The notes: generated by a model from the sequence alone, not told the origin. A DNA stretch of 64,000 nucleotides from an uncultured Bacilli bacterium (GCA_934162125.1 CAKPHU010000001.1:121352-185351); one strand, 5' to 3'. Counted from the first letter of the stretch, positions 19,999-31,979 are shown. Made by a program: numbers and translations.

Positions 19999-20748
19999 CT
20001 ATATTAGGACTGATAATAATAAAATCATAACTCCTATTGCCATACCAACGTAGGCAACTTTTCTATTTTTCATTTCCTTTATTCTTGGGAATAATTCAGC
20101 GTATGCTATATAGATTAGCATACCTAATGTTACTGATAAAAGTAGTCCTAATAAGATACCACTAATTGAAGTTATATCTAAGAAGAACATAATTAGACCA
20201 CCTAAGAATGTTGATAAGGAAACCATAGTAATAATACCTATTGTCTTCCAAATATTTTCATTACTTTGATAGAAAGCTCCAGCAATTACCATACCTAGAG
20301 GAATATTATGAAAACCTACACCAATCGCAATAGGAAGGCCTAGACTTATATCAGTAATAGTAGTTGAATAAACAGCCATTCCTTCAATAATATTATGAAG
20401 AACTAAAGCAAGAGATGTTACGACACCAATATGAATTAGATTTTCTTTAGGTGGTAGAGCTTTATCTTTAGTTTCTTCGTGATCAGGAATAAATTTATCT
20501 AGTAATTTAAGCAAGAAATAACCAGCTATGGTACCTAATATGAAGATATAGATATGGCCTAGTCCTAGTTCTTCAATTATTTCAGGTAATAAGTCAGTTA
20601 TTACTAACATTGTTATAACACCGAAAGCAAGACCTAGAGAGAAGTCTACTACTTTTTCTTTTTTCTTAATAAAGAAAGCAATTAGCGCTCCTAATAAGAT
20701 AAATAAACCTAATAGAAGAGTTACTAATAAACCTAATTTTACATTCAT
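19999..20748 (-). CDS. ZIP-family zinc/metal transporter (ZupT-like)
   Basis: HNIIEGMAV and GFHNIPLGMV motifs typical of ZIP. The ATG overlaps the uppP stop as ATGA, so I trimmed the start relative to the ORF track. Confidence 0.75.
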   Translation of the reverse strand: MNVKLGLLVTLLLGLFILLGALIAFFIKKKEKVVDFSLGLAFGVITMLVITDLLPEIIEELGLGHIYIFILGTIAGYFLLKLLDKFIPDHEETKDKALPPKENLIHIGVVTSLALVLHNIIEGMAVYSTTITDISLGLPIAIGVGFHNIPLGMVIAGAFYQSNENIWKTIGIITMVSLSTFLGGLIMFFLDITSISGILLGLLLSVTLGMLIYIAYAELFPRIKEMKNRKVAYVGMAIGVMILLLSVLI

Positions 20749-21560
20749 TTTAACACCACCCATAAAATTACTACTATTGCTAGAAGAAGGCGATAAATCA
20801 TAAAGGCTTTAAAGTTATGATTGTTAAGATATTTTAATAAGAACTTAATACATAATAAGCCAATTACAAATGATGTTAGAATACCAACAATAAATGGTAG
20901 TGCATTAGCTCCGATGATTGTCCATGTTGAAGACTTTAGTAATTTTAAAGCAACAGCACCACATACTACAGGAGCTGATAAATAGAAAGAGAACTTTGCA
21001 GCATCTTCTCTATTAATACCTAAAAGACGTCCAGCAGCAATAGTTGTACCACTACGAGAAAAGCCTGGAATTAAGGCAAATACTTGACTACATCCAATAA
21101 TGATAGCATCTTTCAAATTCATACTCTTGATAGTTTTATTACTCTTACTGTACTTGTCAGCTAAATAAATAATTACACCAACGATTGCTAGAGAAAGAGC
21201 AATAATGATGAAGTTACTACGTATGGCATTTTCAATTACTTCTTCAAATAAGACACCAGCAATACCAGCAGGAATTGTCGCAATTACTAAATACCATAAT
21301 ATCTTACCATCAGCATCTTTTAATCCTTTAGTAAAACCTTTCGTAATCATTTTAATAAAGTCTTTAAAGAAGAAAACGAAGATAGCAAGTAATGTTCCTA
21401 AATGAAGAGCAACATCAAAAGTTAACTCCATTTCTTTACTCATTGAGGAAGCAATACCAAATAAATCTCTAAAAATAATTAGATGAGCTGAAGATGATAT
21501 AGGAAGGAACTCAGCTATTCCTTGAATAATTCCTAAAATTATAATTGATATTAAATTCAT
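20745..21560 (-). CDS. uppP: Undecaprenyl-diphosphate phosphatase
   Basis: 271-aa polytopic protein with the BacA/UppP signature FLPISSSAHL and a GFSRSGTTI motif. Confidence 0.85.
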   Translation of the reverse strand: MNLISIIILGIIQGIAEFLPISSSAHLIIFRDLFGIASSMSKEMELTFDVALHLGTLLAIFVFFFKDFIKMITKGFTKGLKDADGKILWYLVIATIPAGIAGVLFEEVIENAIRSNFIIIALSLAIVGVIIYLADKYSKSNKTIKSMNLKDAIIIGCSQVFALIPGFSRSGTTIAAGRLLGINREDAAKFSFYLSAPVVCGAVALKLLKSSTWTIIGANALPFIVGILTSFVIGLLCIKFLLKYLNNHNFKAFMIYRLLLAIVVILWVVLK

Positions 21561-21570
21561 GTTTTATCTC

Positions 21571-23190
21571 CTAACTTTCAAATATTGGCATAATAGTTGG
21601 TACAACGTGTTTCTTACGTGAAATAGTACCAGCAATGAATTCACCTTCACTGATATTTGGAAGGTTATAAGCAACTTCTAGTAAATCTTTACCTTTAGTA
21701 TTAAAGATTATATAACTACCATTACGAACAATATCAGTAACATATAAAGCAAGTAAGGTATAATGATTTGATTCACTTACTTCATTTAAGACATGAACAT
21801 AATCGTCTATGTCTTTTTCTATTTCATCAAAGTTCATAGTAAAGAATTGTCCTAAAGCAAAGCTTTTACCATTAACAGTATATACTTTAAAGTCATTGTA
21901 TAAGACATCTTCTTTAGTCATGCCTTCTAGAGAAGTACCAGCTTTTAGAAGATTCATTCCATATTCTTGATAGTTTACAGAAGAAATTTTAGCTAGTTCT
22001 TTAACCGCAATGCGATCAAGTTCTGTTGTGGTTGGGCTTCTTAAGATTAAAGTATCTGATAAGATTCCAGATAAAAGAGCTCCGGCAATTTCTTTTGGTA
22101 GTTCTAAGCCACGATCTTTGTACATAGTATAGACAATTGTACAAGTTGAGCCAACCGCCATATTAGTAAAATTAATAGGACTTTTAGTTGTGATACTTCC
22201 TAAATTATGGTGGTCTATAATTTCTAAGATTTCAGCTTCTTCGATACCATCAGCACTTTGCATAGTTTCATTGTGATCGACTAAAATAACTTTTTTAGGA
22301 TGTTTTTCAGATAAATCTGTAATCTTTAATAAACCTAAACATTTATTGTTCTTATCAACAATTGGATAATTAGTATGTTTTAATTTATTATTAATATCAA
22401 CGACATTATCAACGAACTCAGTATTTTCAAATTTAGTTGGGTTATAGCATCTTAATAATGTTTTTATGTAGTTAGCTAAAGATACTAATCTAGTTATGTG
22501 ATATGAAGTATATGGAGTTCTAATAATGTTGACATGGTTTTGACGAGCTATTTCAAGGTGTGTTTCGTGAATTTCAGCATCTCCTGCTAGAATAATTAAT
22601 TTAACGCCAGAGTTAACTGCGTACTCAATAATACTATGTCTGTCACCAACAATTAAGACCATATCACGTTCAAGTTTAACTGTTTCCATAAATGTAGTAC
22701 TACGATAGGCAGCAACTAGGATACGGCCAATTATTTCTTCATCGTTACGAACTAGGGCTTCTCCTTTTAAAACTTGTAGTAAATTATCATATGACGTGTA
22801 TAAGTCCTCAGCATTTTCATTAACGATTGTGTGAGATAAATCTTTGATAGTTACTAATCCAGTAAAATATCCTTTAGTATTGACAACAGGAAGACCAGTT
22901 AAGCCTTCTTCTAACATAGCCTGGTAACCATTATAGATTGATTCTGTCTCTTTTAAATAGAAATTTTTATGATAATCAATATCTTTTAATTGTAATTTAA
23001 CATCATTTAAATATTGAGGCTCTTTTAAATTAAAATATGATAAAGCATATTTTGTCTCTTTATTTATGTTACCTAGAACTCTTGGCTCGGTATTTTTACC
23101 ATAGTGGTTTTTTAAATATGATAATCCAATCGCAGACATTACTGAATCTGTATCAGGGTTCTTATGACCAAAAATATAGGTCTTACTCAT
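21571..23190 (-). CDS. Manganese-dependent inorganic pyrophosphatase with CBS domains (family II PPase, CBS-PPase)
   Basis: N-terminal DHH (GHKNPDTDSVMSAIG), internal tandem CBS-like region and C-terminal DHHA2. 539 aa is typical of CBS-PPases. Confidence 0.75.
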   Translation of the reverse strand: MSKTYIFGHKNPDTDSVMSAIGLSYLKNHYGKNTEPRVLGNINKETKYALSYFNLKEPQYLNDVKLQLKDIDYHKNFYLKETESIYNGYQAMLEEGLTGLPVVNTKGYFTGLVTIKDLSHTIVNENAEDLYTSYDNLLQVLKGEALVRNDEEIIGRILVAAYRSTTFMETVKLERDMVLIVGDRHSIIEYAVNSGVKLIILAGDAEIHETHLEIARQNHVNIIRTPYTSYHITRLVSLANYIKTLLRCYNPTKFENTEFVDNVVDINNKLKHTNYPIVDKNNKCLGLLKITDLSEKHPKKVILVDHNETMQSADGIEEAEILEIIDHHNLGSITTKSPINFTNMAVGSTCTIVYTMYKDRGLELPKEIAGALLSGILSDTLILRSPTTTELDRIAVKELAKISSVNYQEYGMNLLKAGTSLEGMTKEDVLYNDFKVYTVNGKSFALGQFFTMNFDEIEKDIDDYVHVLNEVSESNHYTLLALYVTDIVRNGSYIIFNTKGKDLLEVAYNLPNISEGEFIAGTISRKKHVVPTIMPIFES

Positions 23191-23321
23191 AAAAGTACCT
23201 TCTTTCTTAAAGTATAAAAAAGTATTATTTTATTAATACTTATTTTTTTTATAATATCATATTTGCAAGTCTAATTTGGTAGTTTTAAATCTCTTTTAAA
23301 ACTTCTTGACAATATTTTACA

Positions 23322-24644
23322 CTAGACTAGGCCTGCTAGTATTTCGTCCATTTCTGCAACATCTTGATCAGTTGCTTCTGTATTTTCTAGAGCTTTATTG
23401 AACCAGATTGGAAGGGACGAAGTATCATCAGTCTTTCCTGATGGTGTTTTCTTATTTTGACTCTTTTCAGGATTTTTTTCAAGTAGTTTTTTCATTTTTT
23501 TATGTTCTTTTTCTGTTAAAAGCATAGCTTCCTCTACTGTTTCGATATTTAGACGCTTCCATTGACCAGCAATTGTTTCAACGTAACTCTTTTTTAGTCC
23601 TTCATTGTTAGTTTTTAAGATATAAGATATTAGGACATTCACGACACCGGGATTAAATTTCTGATCAACTAAAAGACTTTCTATTAATCTTTTATCACGA
23701 TCAGTTGGTTCGGCTCCTTTATATTTAGCCTTAAGTAGTTGATATGGAGTGATATTTTCAAAAGTATAAACTAGTTGAGCCCATTTAGAAGTATCCCCTT
23801 CTGGTTTCTTTAAATAATCTGGTTGCTTGTTGTAGATTAGAGTTGGAAGAGAACCAGCTGTTTCAAATTGATAGTAGTCTCGGCAGCTTTTGCGAAGAAG
23901 AGTTTTATCAATTTGTCCTTTCTCATTTAAAGAAGTACGGATAAGTCCTTCCATTGCTAAAGTGTTTAAGTCATAAGTAAAGCTTAAAGCATTGATTAAG
24001 TCTTTTGTTTCTTTAGTAAAGCACTTTTCGCTGACAATATTTTCTGGAAGAGAAGAAATAAGTAAATTAAAGTCCACTCCCTTATTGATAAGAATATTGT
24101 TAGAATCTCTTTTAGTGACATCGTTTTCTATTTCTAGGTAAGATCCTTTAGTTGAAGAGAAAACTTCATCAAAACTGCAGGTAATATCTTCATATTCTTT
24201 TAAATTTATTTTAGGAATTTTATAATAGTTAAGCAATTTTTCATATTCTTTTTTACCTAAGTTATTATAAAGAACAACGTTTAAAATTGGATGAGAAAAG
24301 AACTCATTGGCTGATAAGGGAGAATATAAAAGATAAACATAACTATTAGTACTTCCCTTTTTATAATAAGTTTTAAGAAGGCCTGAGGCTTCTAGTTTTT
24401 CTCTAGCAATAACAATATCTTCTAGTTTTAATTGCATTGTGGCCATTAAATGATGATGAGTTAATTCATCGCTCATAATTTCTAACTTATCTAAGTCATC
24501 AATTAAGGTGTAATATAGAGAAATAGCTGTGTGACCAATGATTGGTTGGTACAACATACTTACAAGCTTACGATCTGTATCATTTAAAACTGTTTTATTA
24601 ACTACTGTATAAGTATCAGCAGGTAAGATAGTAGCATTTTTCAT
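23322..24644 (-). CDS. Replication initiation and membrane attachment protein (Bacillus DnaB/DnaD-like, not the helicase)
   Basis: The N-terminus (LPADTYTVVNKTVLNDTDRKLVSMLYQPIIGHTAISLYYTL) matches the B. subtilis DnaB N-terminal pattern. 440 aa. No dnaI follows it. Confidence 0.5.
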   Translation of the reverse strand: MKNATILPADTYTVVNKTVLNDTDRKLVSMLYQPIIGHTAISLYYTLIDDLDKLEIMSDELTHHHLMATMQLKLEDIVIAREKLEASGLLKTYYKKGSTNSYVYLLYSPLSANEFFSHPILNVVLYNNLGKKEYEKLLNYYKIPKINLKEYEDITCSFDEVFSSTKGSYLEIENDVTKRDSNNILINKGVDFNLLISSLPENIVSEKCFTKETKDLINALSFTYDLNTLAMEGLIRTSLNEKGQIDKTLLRKSCRDYYQFETAGSLPTLIYNKQPDYLKKPEGDTSKWAQLVYTFENITPYQLLKAKYKGAEPTDRDKRLIESLLVDQKFNPGVVNVLISYILKTNNEGLKKSYVETIAGQWKRLNIETVEEAMLLTEKEHKKMKKLLEKNPEKSQNKKTPSGKTDDTSSLPIWFNKALENTEATDQDVAEMDEILAGLV

Positions 24645-24703
24645 ATGATCACCTCTTCTTAATTATAGTACAATAAATAGAAAAAAAAAGAAAGATTAAC
24701 TTT

Positions 24704-25468
24704 CTAAAATCCTAACCATTCAGTAATCATAGTTGGAGTCATTTTAGTGAAATAGATAAATAAGGCTGCAAATAGTAAAAATGGTCCAAATGGAATTACT
24801 TTTTCTTTATTTTTAAATAATAAAAGTAAAGACATTGGAAGAGCAAAAAGACTTCCTAAAAAGATGGTTAGTGTTCCAAGAAGAGGATCTAGGATAAGGC
24901 CAAAGACAAACATCATTTTAATGTCTCCGCCACCTAAACTTTCTTTTTTTAATACTTTATTACCTATTAACATTATTAAGTACATAATCGAAAATAGGAA
25001 AATACCTGTGGCAATTTTTAAAAGACAACCAACAATGCCTAAGGATAGAAGTTGTACTATTATGAAATAGACACTAAAGAAGATTAGTACTTCATCTGGT
25101 ATTATTAAGTATGTTAAGTCACTTACGACGATAATCATAAATAATGAGACAAGTCCTAAGGCAATTAGAAGTTCATAACTGAAGCCAAAACTATAGTAGC
25201 TAACTGCGAATAAGAGGCCAGTAAAGAACTCCATATAGAGTGCTAGTATGTCTATCTTGGTGTGACAATAGCGACATCTTCCTCTTTGAACAAGATAAGA
25301 TATGATAGGAATCATCTCATAGAAAGATAATTCGTGTCCACATGTATCACAGTGAGATCTAGTTGTAGTAAAGTTTTCATTTTTGGGTAGTCTTAGACCT
25401 ATTACGGTGTAGAATGAGCCTAAGTGAGCTCCTAAAATAAAAAAGATAATTAAATATAGTACTTCCAT
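24704..25468 (-). CDS. Prepilin (type IV leader) peptidase, A24 family (PilD/ComC)
   Basis: Zinc-binding CDTC...CRYC tetrad and polytopic membrane topology, with catalytic Asp motifs (VSDLTY, GGGDIKM). Confidence 0.8.
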   Translation of the reverse strand: MEVLYLIIFFILGAHLGSFYTVIGLRLPKNENFTTTRSHCDTCGHELSFYEMIPIISYLVQRGRCRYCHTKIDILALYMEFFTGLLFAVSYYSFGFSYELLIALGLVSLFMIIVVSDLTYLIIPDEVLIFFSVYFIIVQLLSLGIVGCLLKIATGIFLFSIMYLIMLIGNKVLKKESLGGGDIKMMFVFGLILDPLLGTLTIFLGSLFALPMSLLLLFKNKEKVIPFGPFLLFAALFIYFTKMTPTMITEWLGF

Positions 25469-25490
25469 AATAATTATCCTCCTTAATATT

Positions 25491-27068
25491 CTATTTAATT
25501 TGACTATAAATACTGAACATTGGTGTTACTATTGAAAGTAAGATTACAGCAACAATACCTGCTAGCATAATAATCATAAATGGTTCCATCAAACTCTTTA
25601 ATTGATCAATGATGTTTTTGTGTAATAATTGGAAGTGAGCGGCAACTTTTTCCATCATGTTACCTAATTGACCAGTATTTTCACCAGTAACAATCATTTC
25701 ATAGGCAACAATTGGAATAGCCCATTCACCTTGGAAAGCAGATGAAACAGATTCACCTTTAGCTAAGTTAGCTAGAGTTTTATTAATAATTCTTTTATAG
25801 ACTTCGTTATCAGTTATTTTAGATAGGATTTCCATACTATCAGTAATGAAAACACCATGGTTTAATAATGAAGCGAAAGTCTTAGTAAAGTTTGATATTT
25901 CTTTATAAATAATAATATTTTTAACAACTGGTACATGCATTAAAAATGTTTGAACGCCTGTACGGAAAGCTGTTGACTTCTTGAAAGCTACAGTGAATCC
26001 TCCTATTAAGCCACCAATAACTAGTAATAAGATATACCAGTAGTTTTGAATAAATTCACTGGCACCTAAAACTGCTAAGGTAATACCTGGTAATTTAGCA
26101 TCATTTTCTGAGAACATTGATGCGAATTGAGGTACTAAGTATACTAACATGAAGATTAATACGCCTACAGCTAGAGTTAAGATAACTACTGGGTAGATCA
26201 TAGCACTCTTCATTTGTTTCTTTGTCTGATCCATTGATGTATAGTACTCTGCCATATCATCTAGGATTGATGGTAAGTCACCAGTCATTTCAGAAGTCTT
26301 AACCATGTTGATTAGTAATGGTGGAAAAGCTTTGCCTTGACGAGCAAGGGCTATTGAGAAACTTTCACCACGTAATAATTCATAAACTACTTGACCAAAA
26401 ATCTTTTTATGTGCTGGTTTAGTAGTTTGTTTTGCTAAGATACGCATTGAGTCAACTAGTGGGATACCTGATTTAATATATGTTGATAATTGGGTTAGTG
26501 AGAATGATAAGTCTCCAGCTTTAAAGCTAGCTCCACCTAAATCAACATCGAATTTACTTCTTAGTTTAATTTCTAGAACCTGGTAACCTTGTGACTCTAA
26601 GTAGTTACGAACTTCATCTTCTGTTTCAGCATCAAAAGTACCTTGTTCTTTTTTATTCATCGTATTGATTATACTATAACGATATGAATTTAATTTAACA
26701 CTTCTTTTTTCACGGCCTTTATCTGGGTCTTCTTTTTTAATAGCGTCTAACACTTCTTGAGCTTGAGCTTTGATTTCTTCATTAGTAGCCTCATGTGGTT
26801 GTGCTGGGGCTGTGGCAGTTGATGCTGATACTGTTGGCTCTGGAGCTACTGGAGCTTGAGCTGCTGGCATAGCAACTGGAGCGCCTGGTATTGGAGCAGC
26901 AACTGGTGCAGGTTGTACAGTAGGAGCTACTGGTTGTTGTTGAAGCATTGGATTACTTGCTACTTGAGGAATCTCCGCCTGGGCAGTTATTGGAGCACCT
27001 GTTACATTTGGTGTTGCTAACGCAGTGTTATTAGTACTTTCTTCTTTATTTTTCTTTCCAAATATCAT
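25491..27068 (-). CDS. Type IV pilus/T2SS platform protein (GspF/PilC/ComGB family) with an N-terminal Pro/Ala/Gln-rich extension of about 100 aa
   Basis: Two T2SSF-type repeats (LARQGKAFPPLLINMVKTSEMTGDL and AFQGEWAIPIVAYEMIVTGENTGQLGNMMEKVA). The first ~100 aa are low-complexity P/A/V/Q-rich. Confidence 0.75.
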   Translation of the reverse strand: MIFGKKNKEESTNNTALATPNVTGAPITAQAEIPQVASNPMLQQQPVAPTVQPAPVAAPIPGAPVAMPAAQAPVAPEPTVSASTATAPAQPHEATNEEIKAQAQEVLDAIKKEDPDKGREKRSVKLNSYRYSIINTMNKKEQGTFDAETEDEVRNYLESQGYQVLEIKLRSKFDVDLGGASFKAGDLSFSLTQLSTYIKSGIPLVDSMRILAKQTTKPAHKKIFGQVVYELLRGESFSIALARQGKAFPPLLINMVKTSEMTGDLPSILDDMAEYYTSMDQTKKQMKSAMIYPVVILTLAVGVLIFMLVYLVPQFASMFSENDAKLPGITLAVLGASEFIQNYWYILLLVIGGLIGGFTVAFKKSTAFRTGVQTFLMHVPVVKNIIIYKEISNFTKTFASLLNHGVFITDSMEILSKITDNEVYKRIINKTLANLAKGESVSSAFQGEWAIPIVAYEMIVTGENTGQLGNMMEKVAAHFQLLHKNIIDQLKSLMEPFMIIMLAGIVAVILLSIVTPMFSIYSQIK

Positions 27069-27206
27069 ATTATCACCTATTCTTAAATATCCAACCCTTG
27101 CGATTTTTATTTACTATAATGATTTTAACATAGTATTTTATTTTTGGAAACAGAAAATTAACTTTTTCTTGGCAATTGTCATATACTATCTTAGAAGAGG
27201 TGGGTT

Positions 27207-27485
27207 ATGTACAATTATCCTTACATGAGGCCTTCTTTATTTGGACGTTGGGCTAGTTTAGCAAAGGGATTTAGTTGGAGTGGCTTTTTAGATGGTACAC
27301 AAAAAACCTTAGGCGTAATTAATCAAGCAATACCGATAGTTAATCAAGTTAAACCACTTGTGAGTAACGCAAAAGCAATGTTTAAGATTGCAGATGAAAT
27401 AAATAAACCAGTAGTTAGAGAAAGTAGCACTTCTTCTAATGTTAATCCAACTTCAAATGTAAATAAGCCGATGTTTTATATGTAA
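27207..27485 (+). CDS. Hypothetical 92-aa protein
   Basis: Good RBS (AGAGGTGGG). Ends in a hairpin shared with the convergent tgt gene. Family not recognised. Confidence 0.45.
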   Translation: MYNYPYMRPSLFGRWASLAKGFSWSGFLDGTQKTLGVINQAIPIVNQVKPLVSNAKAMFKIADEINKPVVRESSTSSNVNPTSNVNKPMFYM

Positions 27486-28676
<1,191 letters not shown>

Positions 28677-28714
28677 GAAAAAGAACTAACTGAGTTAGCT
28701 CTTTAAAAGATCAA

Positions 28715-29233
28715 TTACTTTTTAATAATAGTTTTTTCTGTTTCTTTTTCATTGCCAATAGAAGTAACACTACCAGTTAAAGTATTGTTTCTTCCACCTA
28801 CTGATACTGTATAAGCAAAAGTATCGCCTACTTCTTTGTGATGAACACTTTTTCCAAATGGACTTTCAATACTTGTGTATCCAGCTTTTCCTTCTAAACC
28901 GATTAAATTTTCAACTAAAGTTACTTCTTCGTCTTCATCTTCATCAGCAAATCTAACTGTAAAAGTAGTTCCAATTTCTACTGAAGTTAGTGATGGCTCA
29001 TCAATGATTTCTGTTTCTGAACTACTTAAAATTTCAATTAAACTATTTAATTCTTGATTATTAATTCTAAGTGCTGTTTCACTAATGATATCAACGTTTG
29101 CCATTGGTGTTTCATTATCAGTGGCTTGACCGTTACGACTTTCTAGATATCCATTACGTAAAGTAGCATCATTACTTTTACGACTAGTAATTGCTTCTTC
29201 TATATATTCAACCTGTTTTCTAATTAGTTGCAT
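28715..29233 (-). CDS. GreA/GreB-family protein with a GreA-like C-terminal FKBP-fold domain and a divergent N-terminal half
   Basis: The C-terminal ~80 aa align well with the GreA C-terminal domain (TVRFADEDEDEEVTLVENLIG...YTSIESPFGKSVHHKEVGDTF...SVTSI). The N-terminal ~90 aa are not a typical Gre coiled coil. Confidence 0.5.
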   Translation of the reverse strand: MQLIRKQVEYIEEAITSRKSNDATLRNGYLESRNGQATDNETPMANVDIISETALRINNQELNSLIEILSSSETEIIDEPSLTSVEIGTTFTVRFADEDEDEEVTLVENLIGLEGKAGYTSIESPFGKSVHHKEVGDTFAYTVSVGGRNNTLTGSVTSIGNEKETEKTIIKK

Positions 29234-29361
29234 TCTGATTTCCTCCCTTTTTTCATATGCCCGCTTATTATATCATATTCTTTATGCTTTTTCAATAGAA
29301 ATTTTATATGATAAATAGCTGGTTAAAAAAGAACTCTTTGAGAGTTCCTCTAAATAATGTT

Positions 29362-30387
29362 TTATTTAATAAACATGGCATCTCCAAAAGAGAAGAAACG
29401 ATATTTTTCATCAACGGCATGTTTATAAGCATTTAAGATGTTTTCTCTTGTTGCTAAAGCTGAAACTAACATTACTAAGGTTGACTTAGGTAAATGGAAA
29501 TTAGTAATTAAAGCAGAGATACCTTTAAATGTGTAACCTGGATAAATAAATATATCAGTCCAGCCAGAACATTCTTGGAACTTACCATATTTAGTCATAA
29601 TAGTTTCAAGAGTTCTTGTAGATGTTGTTCCAACGGCAATGATTCTGTGACCTTCTTTTTTAGTCTTATTTAGAAGATCAGCAACTTCTCCTGTCATATG
29701 ATAATATTCACTATGCATTTTGTGTTCTTCTATTTTATCTACACTTACAGGTCTAAATGTTCCTAATCCAACATGAAGTGTTACATAGGCAACATGCACT
29801 CCTTTATTTTCTATTTTAGCTAAAAGTTCTTTAGTAAAATGAAGTCCCGCAGTAGGAGCAGCAGCACTACCTACTTCTTTGGCATAAACTGTTTGATAAC
29901 GAGATTGGTCAGCTAGTTTTTCATGAATATATGGAGGTAATGGCATTGTACCTAGTTCTTCTAAAACTTCTAAGAAGATACCAGAATATTCAAAAGTAAA
30001 ATGTCTAATTCCTTCATCCATTTCTTTAATGCAACGAGCTTTTAGTTTTCCATTACCGAAGGTAACAATAGTTCCTACTTTAATACGACGAGCTGGTTTT
30101 ACTAAACATTCCCAGTCATCACCAGCAATATTTTTCAATAGTAATACTTCAATTACAGCATGAGTCTCTTCTTTTTCACCAATTAGGCGAGCTGGTAGAA
30201 CTTTAGTATCATTTAGAACTAAAGTATCTCCTTCTTCTAAGTAATCGACAATGTCATAGAAATGTTTATCTTCATACTCCCCTGTTTTCTTATCTAAAAC
30301 CAATAACCTTGAAGAGTCTCTTTTGGCTAAGGGAGTCTGAGCTATTAACTCTTCTGGTAAGTAATAATCAAAATCTTCAACTTTCAT
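29362..30387 (-). CDS. queA: S-adenosylmethionine:tRNA ribosyltransferase-isomerase
   Basis: 341 aa; N-terminal [20 protein letters not shown] and conserved QueA core. Confidence 0.9.
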   Translation of the reverse strand: MKVEDFDYYLPEELIAQTPLAKRDSSRLLVLDKKTGEYEDKHFYDIVDYLEEGDTLVLNDTKVLPARLIGEKEETHAVIEVLLLKNIAGDDWECLVKPARRIKVGTIVTFGNGKLKARCIKEMDEGIRHFTFEYSGIFLEVLEELGTMPLPPYIHEKLADQSRYQTVYAKEVGSAAAPTAGLHFTKELLAKIENKGVHVAYVTLHVGLGTFRPVSVDKIEEHKMHSEYYHMTGEVADLLNKTKKEGHRIIAVGTTSTRTLETIMTKYGKFQECSGWTDIFIYPGYTFKGISALITNFHLPKSTLVMLVSALATRENILNAYKHAVDEKYRFFSFGDAMFIK

Positions 30388-30399
30388 GGTTAATCTCCT

Positions 30400-31398
30400 T
30401 TATTTATCTTTTTCTATTCCTAGGACTTTATAAGCTTTATCTGTTACAACACGGCCACGAGAAGTTCTTTTTATAAGACCATTTTGAAGTAAGTATGGTT
30501 CGTAGACATCTTCAATAGTGGTTATTTCTTCACCGATTGTAGAACTGATAGCTTCAATTCCAACTGGGCCACCATTAAATTTGTTGATGATAGCTAATAA
30601 TAATTCACGGTCTGTATTGTCTAAGCCCATTTTATCAATTTTTAATCTATTTAGAGCTTCATCTGTTACTTCTAGATCTATTTTATTTTTTCCTTTAACC
30701 ATAGCAAAGTCACGAACTCTTTTGAAGAGACGATTGGCAATACGAGGAGTTCCACGACTTCTTTTAGCTAATTCTAGAGCGGCATCATCATCGATTGGAG
30801 TTTCTAATACACGGGAAGTACGTTTTACGATTTCCGTTAATTCTTCAGTGGTATAGAATTGAAGTTTAGAAATAATTCCAAAACGATCACGAAGAGGAGC
30901 AGATAAGTCTCCGGCTCTAGTAGTTGCTCCTACTAAAGTAAATGGTGGTAAATCAATTTTAATATTACGAGTATTTCCTTCGCTGCCAACAATTATATCA
31001 AGAGAAAAGTCTTCCATAGCTGGATATAATATTTCTTCAATATAACGAGGCATACGATGTATTTCATCAACAAATAAGACGTCTCCTGGTTCAAGAGATG
31101 AAAGAATAGCGGCTAAGTCACCACTTTTTTCAATAGAAGGACCAGAAGCTGTTTTTATTTTAGTTCCTAATTCATGAGCTATTATAAAAGCCAGAGTTGT
31201 TTTTCCTAGTCCAGGAGGACCGTACAATAAAACATGGTCTAGAGGTTCATTACGAAGTTTTGCTGCCTCTACAAAGACTTTTATATTTTCCTTAACATCT
31301 GTTTGTCCAATGTACTCTTCAATAGTCTCAGGACGAATAGTATTGTCTATTGTCTTATCATCTTCAAGAGAATATTTTTTTATAACACTTTCGTTCAT
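30400..31398 (-). CDS. ruvB: Holliday junction branch migration DNA helicase RuvB
   Basis: AAA+ Walker [12 protein letters not shown] and Walker [10 protein letters not shown]. Start trimmed to the ATG (MNESV...). Confidence 0.9.
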   Translation of the reverse strand: MNESVIKKYSLEDDKTIDNTIRPETIEEYIGQTDVKENIKVFVEAAKLRNEPLDHVLLYGPPGLGKTTLAFIIAHELGTKIKTASGPSIEKSGDLAAILSSLEPGDVLFVDEIHRMPRYIEEILYPAMEDFSLDIIVGSEGNTRNIKIDLPPFTLVGATTRAGDLSAPLRDRFGIISKLQFYTTEELTEIVKRTSRVLETPIDDDAALELAKRSRGTPRIANRLFKRVRDFAMVKGKNKIDLEVTDEALNRLKIDKMGLDNTDRELLLAIINKFNGGPVGIEAISSTIGEEITTIEDVYEPYLLQNGLIKRTSRGRVVTDKAYKVLGIEKDK

Positions 31399-31415
31399 CA
31401 ATATCACTCATTTCT

Positions 31416-31979
31416 TTATCTTAGTAATAATCTTAAAGCTTCTTTTACTTGCTCTTCAATAGTTAGAGAACTATCAACTTTAGAAATTATTGGTTTAATT
31501 TCTTTTTCTTTATATCCTAAGCCAAGTAATACTTCTTTTAGTTCTTCAGACTTAGACATTTCGTCATCAGTAATACCAACACCAATAAACTCTAGTTTGC
31601 CTTTTAGATCAAGAACTATTTGACGAGCTAGTTTTTCTCCTATTTTAGGGAATTTCTTTAGATATAAAATATTTTCCCTTTCGATAGCGTCCATGATACC
31701 TTCAATGGATCCAACAGCTAAGATAGGCATAGCCATTTTAGGACCTAGTCCTTTTACACTAATTAGTTTTAAGAATAATTCTTTTTCGGCTAAAGTCTTA
31801 AAACCAAATAATAAATGTTCATCTTCTTTTATTTGTTGATAAACATAGACTTTGTATTCTTTGTTGTCATCAAAAACATAAGGATTTGAGACATATATTA
31901 AATAACCACAACCATTATTATCTAAAACAATGGCATTGTTTTTATACCCTGTTACTGTTCCAATTATATAGTCGTACAT
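31416..31979 (-). CDS. ruvA: Holliday junction DNA helicase subunit RuvA
   Basis: 187 aa with an OB-fold N-terminus, an HhH pair (VKGLGPKMAM) and a C-terminal RuvB-interaction domain. Immediately upstream of ruvB. Confidence 0.85.
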   Translation of the reverse strand: MYDYIIGTVTGYKNNAIVLDNNGCGYLIYVSNPYVFDDNKEYKVYVYQQIKEDEHLLFGFKTLAEKELFLKLISVKGLGPKMAMPILAVGSIEGIMDAIERENILYLKKFPKIGEKLARQIVLDLKGKLEFIGVGITDDEMSKSEELKEVLLGLGYKEKEIKPIISKVDSSLTIEEQVKEALRLLLR

